This document shows, piece after piece, positions 11,701-26,110 of a DNA stretch of 64,000 nt. The notes under the pieces were generated by a model. The model had not been told where the DNA came from. It saw only the letters and a list, made by a program, of their open reading frames with translations, and made no database searches. Within the stretch, counting starts at the first letter, position 1; each line of letters opens with the position of its first letter. The stretch spans positions 15,686,001-15,750,000 of the forward strand of contig OZ249453.1 of the NCBI GenBank assembly GCA_965235115.1, written 5' to 3'. Source of the stretch: Laetmonice hystrix (lineage: Eukaryota). Both the position numbers and the translations under genes were made by a program.

Positions 11701-13091
11701 CTCTCCCTGCCTTCTATAGAGACTATAGAGACTATAGAGACCTAATACTGTACCTGATGACAATCTAATTATACACCAATCTACACATACGGGATCTTCT
11801 CCCGACCGTCCGTTTGTCTGATACGATCGTGACGTGACGTAACGTCGCCAGGACGGATGTCGACCAATGAAATAACCGCAGACACTCCCACCTGGCGGCC
11901 ATTGTGGCAGCAATTTGAAAAGACTTTTTCTATTAGCTATAAGCACGTCGTTTGAATCCTTCTGAATTAGCAGAGGCAAAGATAACGTTTCACTCAACGG
12001 TTTCCTGTCTACCTACATTACGGTAATTAATATAGGCGTGAAGAAGTCATGAAGGACAAACAGGGGGGACATCGAGTAAAACAGATTTCAACATAATGGT
12101 TGCTTCATTAAATCCCCTTAAAAATATAATGAATTCTTTGTGGAAAAAAATGTAGGTATCTTTTGATGGGTATTTGGGAAATAGAAAACGGGCCATAGGA
12201 AATGAAGCCAACGGGTGACATATAAATTGCTTTAAAAGATATATTAAATTCTGAGTAATATTTATTGACACAATTCCTAAGATTGTGTGCTCCTGAACCA
12301 AGGAACCCCCTCCCATGACCCCCCCACCCCCACCCCCACCCCACCCCAGAATACATGCTGTGTGTTAATGACTCAGTTAGAAGATGTGTGACACCTGTCT
12401 CCCGTCACTGGCGACCCTGATGATGCCAGTTTGATTGTGACTCTGACCGCCAGCTCCAGCCGGGTGATCGTGACAAGATAACCTGACGGCATGTCGCACT
12501 GTTTCATGCTCTCTGGGAACCTTCCCTTGCTCTGCTTCCCCTCCTCCACACAACTGTCCGGGGGGTCCTACAGCCCCGATTGACCGTCCCCCCTAAAGAT
12601 TCAACCCCGTCGCCTCTTTTCTGGAGACAGCATAATCGGTACTAATGTCAGTCGGGGGGAGGGATGACGAGTGATCTATCTCCCAACCATCCTCCCCGTG
12701 TCGTCTCGCATTGTCCGCGCGGACAATATGCGGGCGGTAGGTGGCAGGGACGGTGTTTTGTGGGTCCGCCTCCGGCCCAGCAGGGACCCGCCCGGCCGGT
12801 CGGCTGCCCACCCCGCTCCCCACCGGGCTGTAGTCTCATCTCCTCTCCGTCTATTGTGTCCATGCTCCTGCTGCCCGTCCGGTCAGCCGCCAGGGGGCCT
12901 CGCATCCAAGGGCCGCTTTTCTTGACCACCGGTCATCTCCACCCGGTGTGGACGTGTCATCCAGGGAGACCTGTGAGAAAGGGCAGAGGAATATTCTGTG
13001 GTTAGGCAGAGATGTGGCAGGCGCGACTTCCTGGAATATAATAGAGTTCTGACGAGGATCGCTGAGCGGGGGATGATATACAGGATCTTAG

Positions 13092-14377
13092 TCACTCGTA
13101 TAGTGGACGTTATACGTCACTGGACGTTCCACTCGTATAGTGGACGTCATACGACACTGGACGTTCCACTCGTATAGTGGACGACGTCATACGACACTGG
13201 ACGTTCCACTCGTATAGTGGACGACGTCATACGACACTGGACGTTCGATCCACTCGTATAGTGGACGACGTCATACGACACTGGACGTTCCACTCGTATA
13301 GTGGACGACGTCATACGACACTGGACGTTCGATCCACTCGTATAGTGGACGACGTTATACGACACTGGACGTTCCACTCGTATAGTGGACGACGTCATAC
13401 GACACTGGATGTTCCACTCGTATAGTGGACGACGTCATACGACACTGGACGTTCCACTCGTATAGTGGACGACGTCATACGACACTGGACGTTCCACTCG
13501 TATAGTGGACGTCATACGACACTGGACGTTCCACTCGTATAGTGGACGTCATACGACACTGGACGTTCCACTCGTATAGTGGACGACGTCATACGACACT
13601 GGACGTTCGATCCACTCGTATAGTGGACGACGTCATACGACACTGGACGTTCCACTCGTATAGTGGACGTCATACGTCACTGTACGTTCCACTCGTATAG
13701 TGGACGACGTCATACGACACTGGACGTCCCACTCGTATAGTGGACGACGTCATACGACACTGGACGTTCCACTTGTATAGTGGACGTCATACGACACTGG
13801 ACGTTCCACTCGTATAGTGGACGTCATACGACACTGTACGTTCCACTCGTATAGTGGACGTCATAGGACACTGGACGTTCCACTCGTATAGTGGACGTCA
13901 TAGGACACTGGACGTTCCACTCGTATAGTGGACGACGTCATAGGACACTGGACGTTCCACTCGTATAGTGGACGACGTCATAGGACACTGGACGTTCCAC
14001 TCGTATAGTGGACGTCATACGACACTGGACGTTCCACTCGTATAGTGGACGTCATAGGACACTGGACGTTCCACTCGTATAGTGGACGACGTCATACGAC
14101 ACTGTACGTTCCACTCGTATAGTGGACGACGTCATACGACACTGTACGTTCCACTCGTATAGTGGACGTCATACGACACTGGACGTTCGATCCACTCGTA
14201 TAGTGGACGTCATACGACACTGGACGTTCCACCCGTATAGTGGACGTTATACGTCACTGGACGTTCCACTCGTATAGTGGACGTTATACGTCACTGGACG
14301 TGCCACTCGTATAGTGGACGTCATACGACACTGGACGTTTCTCTCGTATAGTGGACGTCATACGACACTGGACGTTC
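13092..14377. repeat. CpG-rich 37/40/44-bp minisatellite (ccactcgtatagtggac[gac]gtcatacgacactggacgtt[cgat]), about 33 copies
   Basis: Directly visible; each unit contains the inverted repeat gacgttccact-cgtat-agtggacgtc. Confidence 0.98.
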
Positions 14378-14573
14378 AGATCATTATTTACAATAGCATG
14401 TCCAGCCTCAAATAATTCTGGATATTTTATTAGGGATTTTTTATTATTAACTGGGCCAAAGGATCCCTCGATTTACACTCAACAGCCACCCCTGAAACAG
14501 TCAATTGTGATCTCAGCCCCTTTCGAGAAGTATTGTTTCAGATGACTGACAGAAATCAAATTAATTTAAAAAG

Positions 14574-14688
14574 CGTTACCATGGCAGAGGGATGCCTCGT
14601 TACCATGGCAGGGGGATGCCTCGTTACCATGCCATGGCAGAGGGATGCCTCGTTACCATGGCAGAGGGATGCCTCGTTACCATGGCAG
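14574..14688. repeat. 24-bp tandem repeat cgttaccatggcagagggatgcct, about 5 copies
   Basis: Directly visible; each unit carries an X-box-like GTTACCATGGCAG. Confidence 0.95.
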
Positions 14689-14900
14689 ATACCAACCCCT
14701 AGGAGGATGGTTAAGAGGATGGCAGTCTGTTTCTACTTGCCACTATTTCAGCCACGGACACTTTTAGCAATAAATTTTGAGAACATGCCCTTCAATTTTA
14801 GGCATTGGGTCTAAGCGTTTCTCCAGGTGTGTTTGTTGGGGCTGGGGGTGGGGGTAGCGCGGGGATGTCGCATAGAAAAACAGGTCATAAATTTAGGGCA

Positions 14901-15055
14901 TCAGGGGCAGATCCAAGATTTTGATTTTTTGAAAACTGGGGGCGGGGTGGGGGTGGGCACCAGGACATGGTATAGTCTTTGTAGATAAATTATGTACAAT
15001 TCTTTTAGGCCTACGTATACAGGCCCCCCCTCCCGACCCCTAAACGGATCTTGAT
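14901..15055. mobile_element. Degenerate CAGGGGCGGATCC-type MITE fragment (related stub near 37480)
   Basis: Begins caggggcagatccaagatttt, then a G-rich run, and ends ccccccc...cggatc. This is a recognisable invertebrate MITE layout, but the TIRs are decayed. Confidence 0.35.
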
Positions 15056-18000
15056 GTGACTACATTAAAAAGGGGTCAATTCCTGCCAGTGTGATTAGTG
15101 TTGATACGACTCATCGACCTATATAAGGAAAAAAACATTCTGTACGACTCCCCCTAGCGGCCAATTCACTGGGAGGGGTCACAGTGCTGCTGTCACACAC
15201 ATTCACACGATGTGACCGGCTGGTTTAATGCACGATTGACAATAAATTAACACAAACACGTCCACTCGGATCACACAAAGACTCCAACCTGGGTGGGTCC
15301 CGTCATATGGTTTCAGTTAGTTAGTTAGTCTACCAATTTCACGGCTCATAGAACTCGTGTCAATGTCGGGATAAGTAAACGAGTTGGCTGAAACAAAACC
15401 ATTTAGGTTTCCGTCCCAGCACCGAAGATCTGCTTACATATGCATTAGAACGGTAAATGTAGGACGCAGGTTGGTCCCCACTTCAGGATGATCTCATCTG
15501 GTGTTAATCTGCGTGGATTAACCCAATACGTACAATGATAATCTCGGAGATTATCCTAACAGTAATCTGCGCCATACTGGACCCCTTGAGACAGCTCGTC
15601 CTCCGCGTACTCTGTCACCTAAAACACAAAAACAAATTTCTCTTCTCGTGATTCATAACATTACATACCAGTCAATACCCCACACAAACACTGGAATATA
15701 CTCTGCTTGTGGTCTTTAATTGGTTTTCACCGCCCTGTTTTTGGTATGTTATGAGTTGAGTGCAAAGTGCATTAGACAAAGGTGGCTGTCGGGTGGGGTT
15801 AATTACAACTAGCCCCAGGCCCGTGACACGACTGTCAGAGGAACTTGATAGCAAAGTGTCGGTTAATCAGCGAGTCTATGAACCGACTCGCGTGTAAATC
15901 GCGTGTGTCTAGCGACGTGTCTGTTGGCTTGGGAAGCATGCCACATCAAAGAGTTAAAACCGGCGAGCAGCACTAATTATGTAAATTGTGATGGGCCAGG
16001 CAGTGAACGCTGGCCACTGGAAGGTGTCGTGATTGGTGGTATACCTGCTGTTGTCATGGAAACAGGACGGCCGTCTCGTAAAACAACACAACTGATGGGT
16101 ATGGTTTGGGGGGAGGGGAGGGGGAGGGGGGGGGGTGTTTTGACCATAAACAAGATTTAGTTATATGTGTCCCTCTTTGAAACAGTAACATTAAAGGAAC
16201 ATTGATTGCATTTGGCGTATTGGGTTTTAGGATGATAGGTATCTATACGTATTTCGCGCTAGAACGTCACATCTTGTTTCTGGATATCTCTCAATGGTAG
16301 ACTTTCCACTCAAGTCGTTTCGCCGTTTCAACTCAAATCCTCCTGGTAGATGTTCCTTGCGATCTGTAGGGGATTCAGGTTCTAAGGAGTTAAAAAGTTG
16401 TTTCTTTTTTTGGGTAAAACCCGGTGGTTTTGTAAAGTCGAATGCTAGCGGAAGCTACAGCAGTGAATTATTCAGTCTTAAAAGCGACTGGAAGTGCGGA
16501 AAAGTGATAAAATATCAATTAGGGTAATTGGCTATAAAAGCTGTTTTGTCAAGATCGCCATCTAAAATGAGCTGAAACTTTCCGTTATCAGGGAGTTAAT
16601 CAGGTTTCCATAGAAAGACCATATCTCCTGAGGTGGCGGTCGTAGAACTCGTACAATGCAGATGTATACTTACGGCTTGATTTTTTAAGCCAGTAGATTT
16701 CATTACAGACTTCTTTCTGGTTGGGTTAAGCAAACTGCCCCGAGGAGACTTAACAAAGAGATGTGCCTGACTTTGAGTAAACGAATCTTGTCTAATGTTC
16801 TACATGAATTCACATTACATTAGCAATCCCGCCCTGAGTGCTCTAAGTCGAGGGATAGATTTACCCCCTCGGGGGGTGACACCCCTTTACCCTGCCCCCT
16901 AGGGCTGGTGTATGTGACACCCTCGTTAGCCTTTGTTGGAGGATGGATGCTCGTGTTGCCTGGCTTGGGGTAGGGTAGTCTGGTTAACCCTAATGTAACC
17001 CTGTTACAGCCAACCCCAACAGTGTCAGGGTGGTCCTCGACCTAACACACACAAAAAATAACACCCCGTTTCCCCTACCGCCATCCCCATCACTGCACAC
17101 AGAAAGAGAAACCTCAATCGTAAACATCCGCGTAAAACGGCACATCAAAACTTCTCTTGTCACGTAAGCTTAGATCTTCACAGTCTACAAGTGTCAGCGG
17201 CAATTAGATCAAGCTTTTCTGAATCTCTCCTGACGGAGGGGAACCCCCTTAATGACGTCAATCTTTCGGAGAAAAGCACTGTGTCGTAAACCCAGAAGAA
17301 TTGTGTATGGAAGCGTAGAAAAAGATTGACAGTTCCAATATTGTTGTTATAGATACCAGGAATTTCCCCTCAATACAGGAAAGATAAAAGTTAGGAAAGC
17401 ATCTCTTCCTTTCCCTTTCCTTGTATACATTGTGGCTTCTTTCCTCTTGTTCCTATACTGGTCTTGTTTAGAGGAGTGCTGTGAAAGATTCACATGAAGT
17501 CATCCTTCCGCAATGTGTGACGATGAAGTCATCATTCCTCAATGTTTGTGATGACTTGAGTATACAATGCCCAGGTGTGCAGGTAACATATGCTGTTCTG
17601 CTGTAACCAGATGGTCGGGCGGCGGTTCTGACATGACAGAGGGGGTGACTGGGGTGTACCCCCTACCCCCGTCCCTCCTAGGGGGTGTGAGGCCCCTCGC
17701 CGCAACATGACATACTTCAACCTCCACCGTTGCCCCTGTGCCATGGTTCCAATGTCCTGAGTGTCAAAACTCATTCTTTCTCCTCAACCCATGGCCAGAC
17801 ATCTCTTCTGATGTACTCTGATTTGATTTTGTTTGACAGACGTAGGGCTGAGTTGACAAGGGGGTGGAGGGTACAGAGGAGCAGGGGTGGTACTCTGATG
17901 GGAAAGATGACACAGGGTTACAGAGACAAGGCGAGAGTCGGCCACAACAAAACGTTGCCATTGCCATCTCAGGTTCAGGTCGTCGTGGCGACTCAGGCAG

Positions 18001-19030
18001 GTGTGCGGGGGTGCACTGACAGATACATGGGAATCTGTTGGGACCTCCAGTCGTAGGATTACTGCTCAATCACAAAGGGGAAGAAATAATTGTCCTTTAT
18101 ACATTCATCTTGTCTTACCACGGCGTTCCTTCTGTCAGCCGCTGACATCGCTCTGTCACAGCAGACAGGGCACTGCTATCTCCCGTTTCTGTTCCCGTTT
18201 CTGTTTCGTACTCATCGATTCATCAGTTAGCATTTTATTTCCAAAGACAGGCGAAAATCCCTGCAGTGGTTCCTTCACCCTTGACTGGGGTCGTGGCTCG
18301 GGTGGCGCTGTGTTTTGTGGTAGGGGTGGGGACCTTTGACAGGGAGGACCGAGTTCTGGGCGAGACATTAGCTTGTTCACCTTTTGTGGGCCGCCATGTA
18401 AGTGTCATCGGCGGTGACACTACATTGGGCAGCGGGTCACCGGTAGACGAGGAGGGGGTCACCGCCGAGATGGGTCGAACCCCTCCCCGTCTGTGGGAAC
18501 GGGATGCCTGGGCCCCTCGACCGACGGGCCCATCCGACTATACCCGCCCGCCGGGTGCTGCACCGCAAGCCAAACACTTGGTAGCACCTCATGAAGGACG
18601 CTTGAGTAGTTACCGCTGCTATACGAGTCAAAGTAAAGGCGTTTACCAAGTTCCTCAAGTAGGCGAACTGGGGGGGGGGGGGGGGGGGGTTAAGGGTGGT
18701 AAAAAGGATAAGACACTGCAAAGCTCTCCACATATTTCCTCCAATAATTACAATTTCTGCATTTGTTAAAATTGATTACACAAAATTGTTACTAAGTGTA
18801 ATAAAAGCAGGTTTGCCCGTACTAACCAACCCCAGGGGGCGCTTCGCGTTCTAAACTCCCCAAGGATATGGGCCTGCTAGTTTTTCTTCTGCCGTCTGTC
18901 CTTACTAATGAGGTATTACGTTGCGTTGTTTGACAGCTCCGTCGACGTGTACTGACATGTGACAATGGTTGAGATGAACGTATGTGTGCCAGGACCTAAC
19001 GCCATGTTTGTTCTGTGTGTCATCTCACAG

Positions 19031-19142
19031 GTGTTCTACAAGGCTATACGGGACATCGCTCCCAGCCAAGAGATGCTGCTCTATGACAGAGACGCTGTGT
19101 TCCCAGAGAAGGAGATGGACTCTCTCCATACCCCCATACACC
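19031..19142 (+). CDS. PRDM16/MECOM: PRDM3/16 coding exon, end of PR/SET domain; phase 0 in / phase 1 out
   Basis: Acceptor ctcacag at 19024-19030; donor C|gtgagt at 19142/19143. Encodes VFYKAIRDIAPSQEMLLYDRDAVFPEKEMDSLHTPIH, matching the IFYRVVADIAPGEELLL motif. Phase joins the previous exon exactly (10,206-nt intron). Confidence 0.95.
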
Positions 19143-22100
19143 GTGAGTATACAGCTTTCCCTGATCACGTGACTTGTCAGCGTCTGAATGACCCCTGTTG
19201 ACCTTCAAGAGGTGCAGGAACCTGCGTCTGCAGAATTGAACTGATTTTATTGAGAAGTTGAAAGAGCGTGGTCATTAGAACGGACAAAATATAGATCATT
19301 GTGTTTTCTTGTTTATGTTGTGCCTTGTCGTCTTTCTATACAGGATGCAGTGCATAAATTCAGAGACAATTATTTAATGCGATGACAGTGTTGCCGTTGT
19401 GTAATTGTGTTTTATTGAGGTAACGTTTGCCACCGCCCTCCCCGAGCAGACGGAGATTTTAGGGCCAAGGAATGTCGGTAAAACTTAGGTCCATCCTTTG
19501 TTTGCACAACGATCACAAGTATTGTCCCAAACATTATAGCCTACGACTGACCATAAAGATGCCTGCCTTCCTTGTAATGGTGCCTTTCCTCTGACAATGC
19601 TTCCAAATCAAGCAGGAAAAATGAGACGTTGGTCAAACTTGTCTCGGAGCCGGTATAGATCTTTTTGATCAGCGTCTCTAGGCGCCGCGCATGAATTTCC
19701 GCTACTCGGTCGTTACTCGGCGCGGTACATCACAGATTAACGCGCAGCGTGACGTCATTGCGACGTCGCGTGATTTCCACCGAACATGCTGCGAATAAAA
19801 ACGAGTTCTATAAAGAACACAAGGGATGGAATTCGGAAGGAAAGCAGAGAGAAAATGAAGTAGCATTACGCGGGCAGCTCCAGAGAAAATGGTGGGGTTG
19901 GTTGACATGGAACATGATAGATTCAGGGTGGTTGTTTCTGGCACGAGATAACTACAAAGGGACCAGCGAGGCCGTCTGCGCGATTCCGTATTCCGCGCGT
20001 CTCCATGCATGGTCGCACACCGGCCGGGGCGTGGCGCTGCGATCGCACAGGGAGACCCGTGGATCATGTCTTATCATCGATACTCGACGGCAGGTGAGAA
20101 CGTATCAAGGCGGCTCTGAACAGGGTGATAATGAAAGAGAACTCCCACGGCTGATGGGACTACCTAGAAAGGTGGGATTATATATCAGCTCACGAACTCG
20201 GAATCGCGACGACTTGGTCTTTTGAGCACGGTTTGGTAGGCGTGTTTATGCAAACACAAATAATTATGCAAATATGTAGTTGTGTTGTCTAAAGCACCCA
20301 TAAAACATGAGGAAATTAGCCTAGTATAGCCATATAAACGAGATAGATACATCAGCACCCGATAAGTCTGATACAGTTAATATCAATGTGAGATAGAAGG
20401 GCCCTGGGCAAAGATATAGAAATGCACCTAGAAATACCTCGAAATGGGGAAAGAACCTTTACAAACCAGAGAGGGAGATCTGTCATTTGTAATATGTGAT
20501 CTGTGCGTTGTTGTTATTACCCTCCAGGTCTGGGGTATCTGGCAGTACACGCAGTCAATAATTAATGGACAGCATCTTGAGGGTAGAGACCCCGTTCTTG
20601 AACCCAGAGATGAAAGGACAATAAGTGTGTCCAAATTACCTGCATATAAAGTGAAGCTTGATGTCAGGCCGATACCGTAATCTTCATGATGTATCGCTGA
20701 CTGCCATGCAGGATGTCGCGACCAGCCTAGGGGCCAGCGAGTAAAAAGCCGATTTTAATTTGAGATTCCACCAAGAGAAAATCACAGACAGCGCATGGCG
20801 TTGTCACGCGACGACGTAATGGACGCAGTGTTACGTCGCGACCAATCATAACCGAGATGTGCATCTGGGAGGACATGCGCACGCGCGTGGGACGCCCTCT
20901 GGCGGGCATACCTTGTGAACACACCTTGTGAGCACACCTTGTCAGTAAAGCCTTTTGAGGGCGGATCTCTGTATACACAATGCGAGCTAGCTTCAATACA
21001 TGCACGCGCTCAGTGGGCCGTCTGGAAATATCGCCACTGGTCCATGAAAGACTACCGACGGATAGCATGGAAAATAACCCACTTTGTTGAAAATATCAAT
21101 TCTGCTATTTATAATTCATTCCAGTTTTCCTCATTATTTCCTTAAGGCCTTTTAATGGGACCAGGTGTCCGTCCTGACGCAGAGTTAAATGATATTTGAT
21201 GAGGCCATCTCTGACCAGGCGACTGCGAGTTCTCAATGCGTGCCTGATGTAATGATGATTGTATTGTTGTGCAGCCAATCCACTACTGTAACTTCAGACT
21301 GTTCTCAGTGACTGCCACAAAACGCCTCACAATCTTTTAGACACAATCTGCCAATTCAAAATTAAATTGTTGCTTTAGACTTATTAAGTACGAAGCACCT
21401 GAACAATTTGACGATAATGCTTAAAGAGAAGTTGGAGTCATAAAAAAGGGAAGACTGTTGAATGATGTTTGGTTGAATTGTTATCATGTTTTGGTATTGA
21501 CTTTTTGCGTGAGATTTGAAAACAAAAAGCATGTTAAAGATGATGGTCATGCTCGAGGTGGTGTGCTCAGTGGTCCGTGGTGGCATTTCGTGAGTAGACT
21601 GATGGTCAGTGATGCATGGTCATCGTTAGCGGAGCGTGACAGAAGATGACAGAGGAACAATGACTTTTAATTGACGTTTTTTATTGTCGGGTTTGGAGGT
21701 GATGCTGCAGGAATAGCCAGAGGAGGTCGTCGGTATGCTGGCCAGGGACTGCTCCTATATCTGGTGGGGCACGGCGTAGAAAACGTAGAAACAGTTATAC
21801 TTGCCATGAAGTATGTCTGTTCTCAGTATTATGTCGCTGAGATGACCACTGTCGGTGGAGAGATGCAGGACTGAGCCAGACGTCGGGCTGGGCGGGGGGG
21901 GGGTGGGAAGGGGGAGGGGGCGGGAAATCAGGACTGGCCGTGCAGGGAAGGACCAAGCCGAGCACGGCCGAGCTCGCGATCGCTGGTAATGTCAGTAATT
22001 GCTCTGTGCCAGTGACATCAACGCGGCCGGAACAGATTCATCATAACTGAAGCGTATGACAATTGGCGGGGCCACGGCAGGCAGATAGCTCCCGACCGTG

Positions 22101-25100
22101 CATTAGCGCCAGCGGAACTCAATCTCAGGCCCGGCCACTCATTATGTGACGAGCGACATCTGTGGGCGGTCGCTGCGATCGTCATTGTCGGCATCCGACC
22201 AGTACTCGATCAACGTCGCTTTTCAATAAGGCACTGGTCAACGTACAGACGCACGGAGCAAAGGATGCTGCAATAGCAGCAGCAGCAGCTGGTTGGTTGA
22301 CTGCAGGACTAAAAAAATCAAACACAGAAAAGATATGAAATCTCAAGAAAGAACCAGGGTAATGCATTTATGTAACCTGATTCGAACAGAATCACTGATG
22401 CAGCACACAGAGCGGAAATATTGAGACCGATAACGCGAGTTGTCAAATGATGCACTTACGTGACATCCATCTATCTGATGTTCGCAAAAAAAAACCAACC
22501 ACAGTTTCCAATGCTACTTAGTAGTTTTCATATGATAATTTACCAGACGGTTTTTTTTGTTGGGCAGAGTGTGGAACGATTTGTATGAGCAGTAAATTTT
22601 TAAAAGTCCTATGAAGAGGAAAGTCGTTAATGCCAATTAAATGTAACATTAATGGTATCTATGAATCACCAAATATGTCGCTCTTTGATTTACAAACCAT
22701 ATTGCGATGAATTGCAGGTGTTTATTATAACCTCAGATCATGTTTTTGTGTATATAAGTGGAAGAGGACGAGAAGGAATCAAACTTTGCCAGTTTCTGGC
22801 TTGTACTCGTACAAAATGACGATGACCTCGTCACACAGACGGAGGTGCTAAGTGACCTCGTCATTATCTGTTAAGTGAAGTTCACTAACGACTAATGGAT
22901 CACTCCTAGCCACCCCCTTACGTTACCCCCTCCCTTCACACCCCTTTACCCCCCTTTCTAATTTAATTGTGACAGTCATAATTGTTCCTGCTATCTGATA
23001 ACTTCTACACTAATTGTTTGGGATGCGATGCCTTGACTTGCACTCGGCCCTTTTTCTCTGTCTTCATTTTACCGTATCGCAGACAGCCATGATATCAAAC
23101 TACTTTGTACGTTTTTATCTTGCTGATAGAATTTTAATAACAAAATGGATTATATAATATCTGTAAATGACTTAGTAATGGTACGATCAATTAATAGGAT
23201 GAGATTTCTTTTTAAAGCAGACCAGGTTAGATCTGTTGAGGTTAAAGGGCAGAATAATATCCGTTCCTGACTTCAGGGTTAAATGTTGGGGGTGAAATCG
23301 GCTTATCTCGGAGGGACTGAATGTCAGCGTATAGACCCTGCCGTCTGCTCCGACTTGACACAGATCCGGCGTGATGGGATGATGGGACTTTTTCCTGCGA
23401 TTAGATGATCAGTCCCAATGAGGATTGATGGCGACAGATTACGATTGCATAATTACCGAGAAAAATAACCTTTGGCTGTCATTTTCCCTCCAGGAAATGT
23501 AATAAGATGATTCAGAAATTAAGAATATAAAAGTGATGATGACTAAATGATGTTTAACATCAGATATTTTAAAAAATTCGAAAGTCTATTTCCGAAGAGC
23601 ATAACTGGTGATTTAGATAAAAGCACTTCTTAAATGATAATTGCGTTATTGATGCCACTGCACGACAGTGAATAGGAATCAAAATAGATTATGATTTGAC
23701 GAAGTAATGTATAGAATTACAAAAAGGTCATTCTCTAAGATTCCATCCCCTTAACGATAATGATTTAAGGGGATCATTTTATTTTGTAGTTAAGTGATTG
23801 CTAGTGTGCAAGAGATGCTCATAAGAATACAGGAAAGAAATCGCAGAGTTGGACTTCATTTTCTGATATAATGATTAGGTCAGATTAGAAAAGTTTTCAA
23901 AATGAAGCATACCTATATAAGCCTATCTATAAGGTATCGTATATCTGGGGATGAGACCTAAATAAATACAGTGAATGTTAATTCTTGTCATTTGACTCCT
24001 TCACTAATTGAGCAACCTTTTACAAATAAGGGAGCCCATACCGCTCCTAGTTACAACTACATATTTGTCGATAATGGATTAATTACAAGCTGCTTGCTAA
24101 TTATCATGAAATTACCAACAAGGATACACTGTATAGTATCCATTGTTGTAGCGGGATAGGCCCATAATTAGTAGCTTTGCGAGGTGCTATAGGTCTAACG
24201 ATACAAGGCCCCAGGCGTGTATACACTTGTCTTACCTATGTGAGTACAGGGCGGGTATGATAAGACACATCAAACGCTAGTGTTGTATAGGAGTTGCGGG
24301 CAGACGTGTTCATTAGGGACAGGTGAGAGGACTAGGGTGGGTGGTCCAATCTGATAATGTTTACCCGTGCCATAACGCCTTGTAAACACTTCAAAGGTCA
24401 GGAAGGTCTCTGAGCATGACGCAGGAAGTCCACGCGCCTCGTATTCCTTGATGTTTCTGCCCAGTTATCCGAAATATATATATAGGTTTTGTATCGGAGC
24501 GTGAGCATTGGGGGGTTCCGTTAGGTTTGGACGCCGGTAGGTTGATTGACCAGTAGATCTAGGGCAGCACGCGGTTGGGAGGCAGCGCGACGTTACGTCA
24601 TGACGTTTACGCAAAGGATGACGGTAGTTAACGTTCGACGCACTAAAGACCTTATCTTTTGTACATCTGTGCTCCATTTAACCAACTGATTGCTATCTCG
24701 ATACAGCCGGTCGCTTAGCACCTTCACAATACTGATTGTCAGCTTCCAGCTACAGCGTTTTGTGTACTATGGAAAATGTCGGAAACGTGTTTCATCAGAC
24801 CGTTAATGAATAGAGCCGCATTTAGAAGAAGATCCATTGACCGGGACACAATGGATGACGAACAAGATCAGAGTGTTTCTTTAGGATTACTGTTTTCATC
24901 TAAGGGAGCTTGAGCCTCCCGATGGACAAAAGACATTCCGGGATCTGCAGGTAGCTAGCAATTACCTGCAGGTAATCAGCTATCTGTTTTGTCCGCAGGT
25001 GTCCAACTGTTACACATGGTCCAAGCGTAGCCTAAAGGCAATCAAATGTATTTACACCCTGCGCGCAATCAGAGCAGGTGGAGATAGTCTTTTGCGCCCA

Positions 25101-26110
25101 GCATAAAATACCTTTCTCAATAGAGGCACTGAAAGGTGTGAGTGACTGCATAAATGACAATTTCATAAGACCACTGGCATTCAAATAAAGCGATAGAAGA
25201 TATTTATAGCTGAAGTATAGCGGTCTACAGCATACAAAGTGATTCCAAGGGTATTAGAAAATGACAACCCTGTTAAGTAAAGATTCTCTCCTTTTTAAAA
25301 TACTTTTTCATGTGTGAAGAAGCAGTCATAAATGGAAGGGTCCCAGAGTGTTTTATCCTTCCCTATCTGCAGCGATTTTTATTAAAGAACCGACATTTAT
25401 AAATCATGTTGCTGTCAGGCTGCTAATTTACCATTAATTACCAGCGGTTCTATCAATGATAATGATGCAATATTTTGATCAATACTCGCCATATTGGAAC
25501 CTTTATTTATTGCTTTTATTACATTGTGTGGCCTGAGTGTGCCACCCGTCAGTGATTCTGCCTTAGTTATAGTTTCACCGTATGGACGGGATGGGCAACC
25601 GCTTACAATGACTCAGCCATCTCTGTCCAATCAGACACACGATCTCAACCCCCCCCCCCCCCCCACTGGGCCCGCGGTGTGCCCACATTAATACCATTAG
25701 GAACGAGTTGCGCTTTAATTACACATTCGGTGACAAAAGGTGTGCACTAGCCTTTGAAACCCACTGAGACAATTACCTAATCATACCCTTAGCCAGATCA
25801 GTGACTGACAATTCAACACTCCAAGCGTATTTCAGAACTCCCCCGCCTCTGGCGTACTACTGCCATGTTATGATTGACCGATCGATCAATCTAGCCTAAT
25901 AACAAGTACAGACTTCTATCTTAGTGTTCGTTAATCGAAAGGCAGCACTTTATATTAATACAGAAATCTTCCATTCATTTGAAGCTAAAATTGCTCACTC
26001 CGTTTCAGGGTTCCTGTTCTGATAATAGAATAATAGAATCGTAGCTTTTTCACCTGATCGTACGAACTCATGCAATATGGTGCTGGAAATATGTTGCGAT
26101 GTATACTGTG

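Noticed and set aside
13240-13335. tRNA B-box-like GTTCGATCC in the 44-bp variants
   Set aside because: Created by a 4-bp insertion in the repeat; no A box or cloverleaf. No tRNA or SINE head was found in the window.
13092-14377. CRISPR-like look (palindromic repeats of about 37 bp)
   Set aside because: No unique spacers, head-to-tail units, eukaryotic spliced-gene context, no cas genes.
17839-17930. Good-looking acceptor tttgtttgacag between the two PR exons
   Set aside because: In the required phase 0 it reads ACG TAG (immediate stop), and the flanking exons already join in frame.
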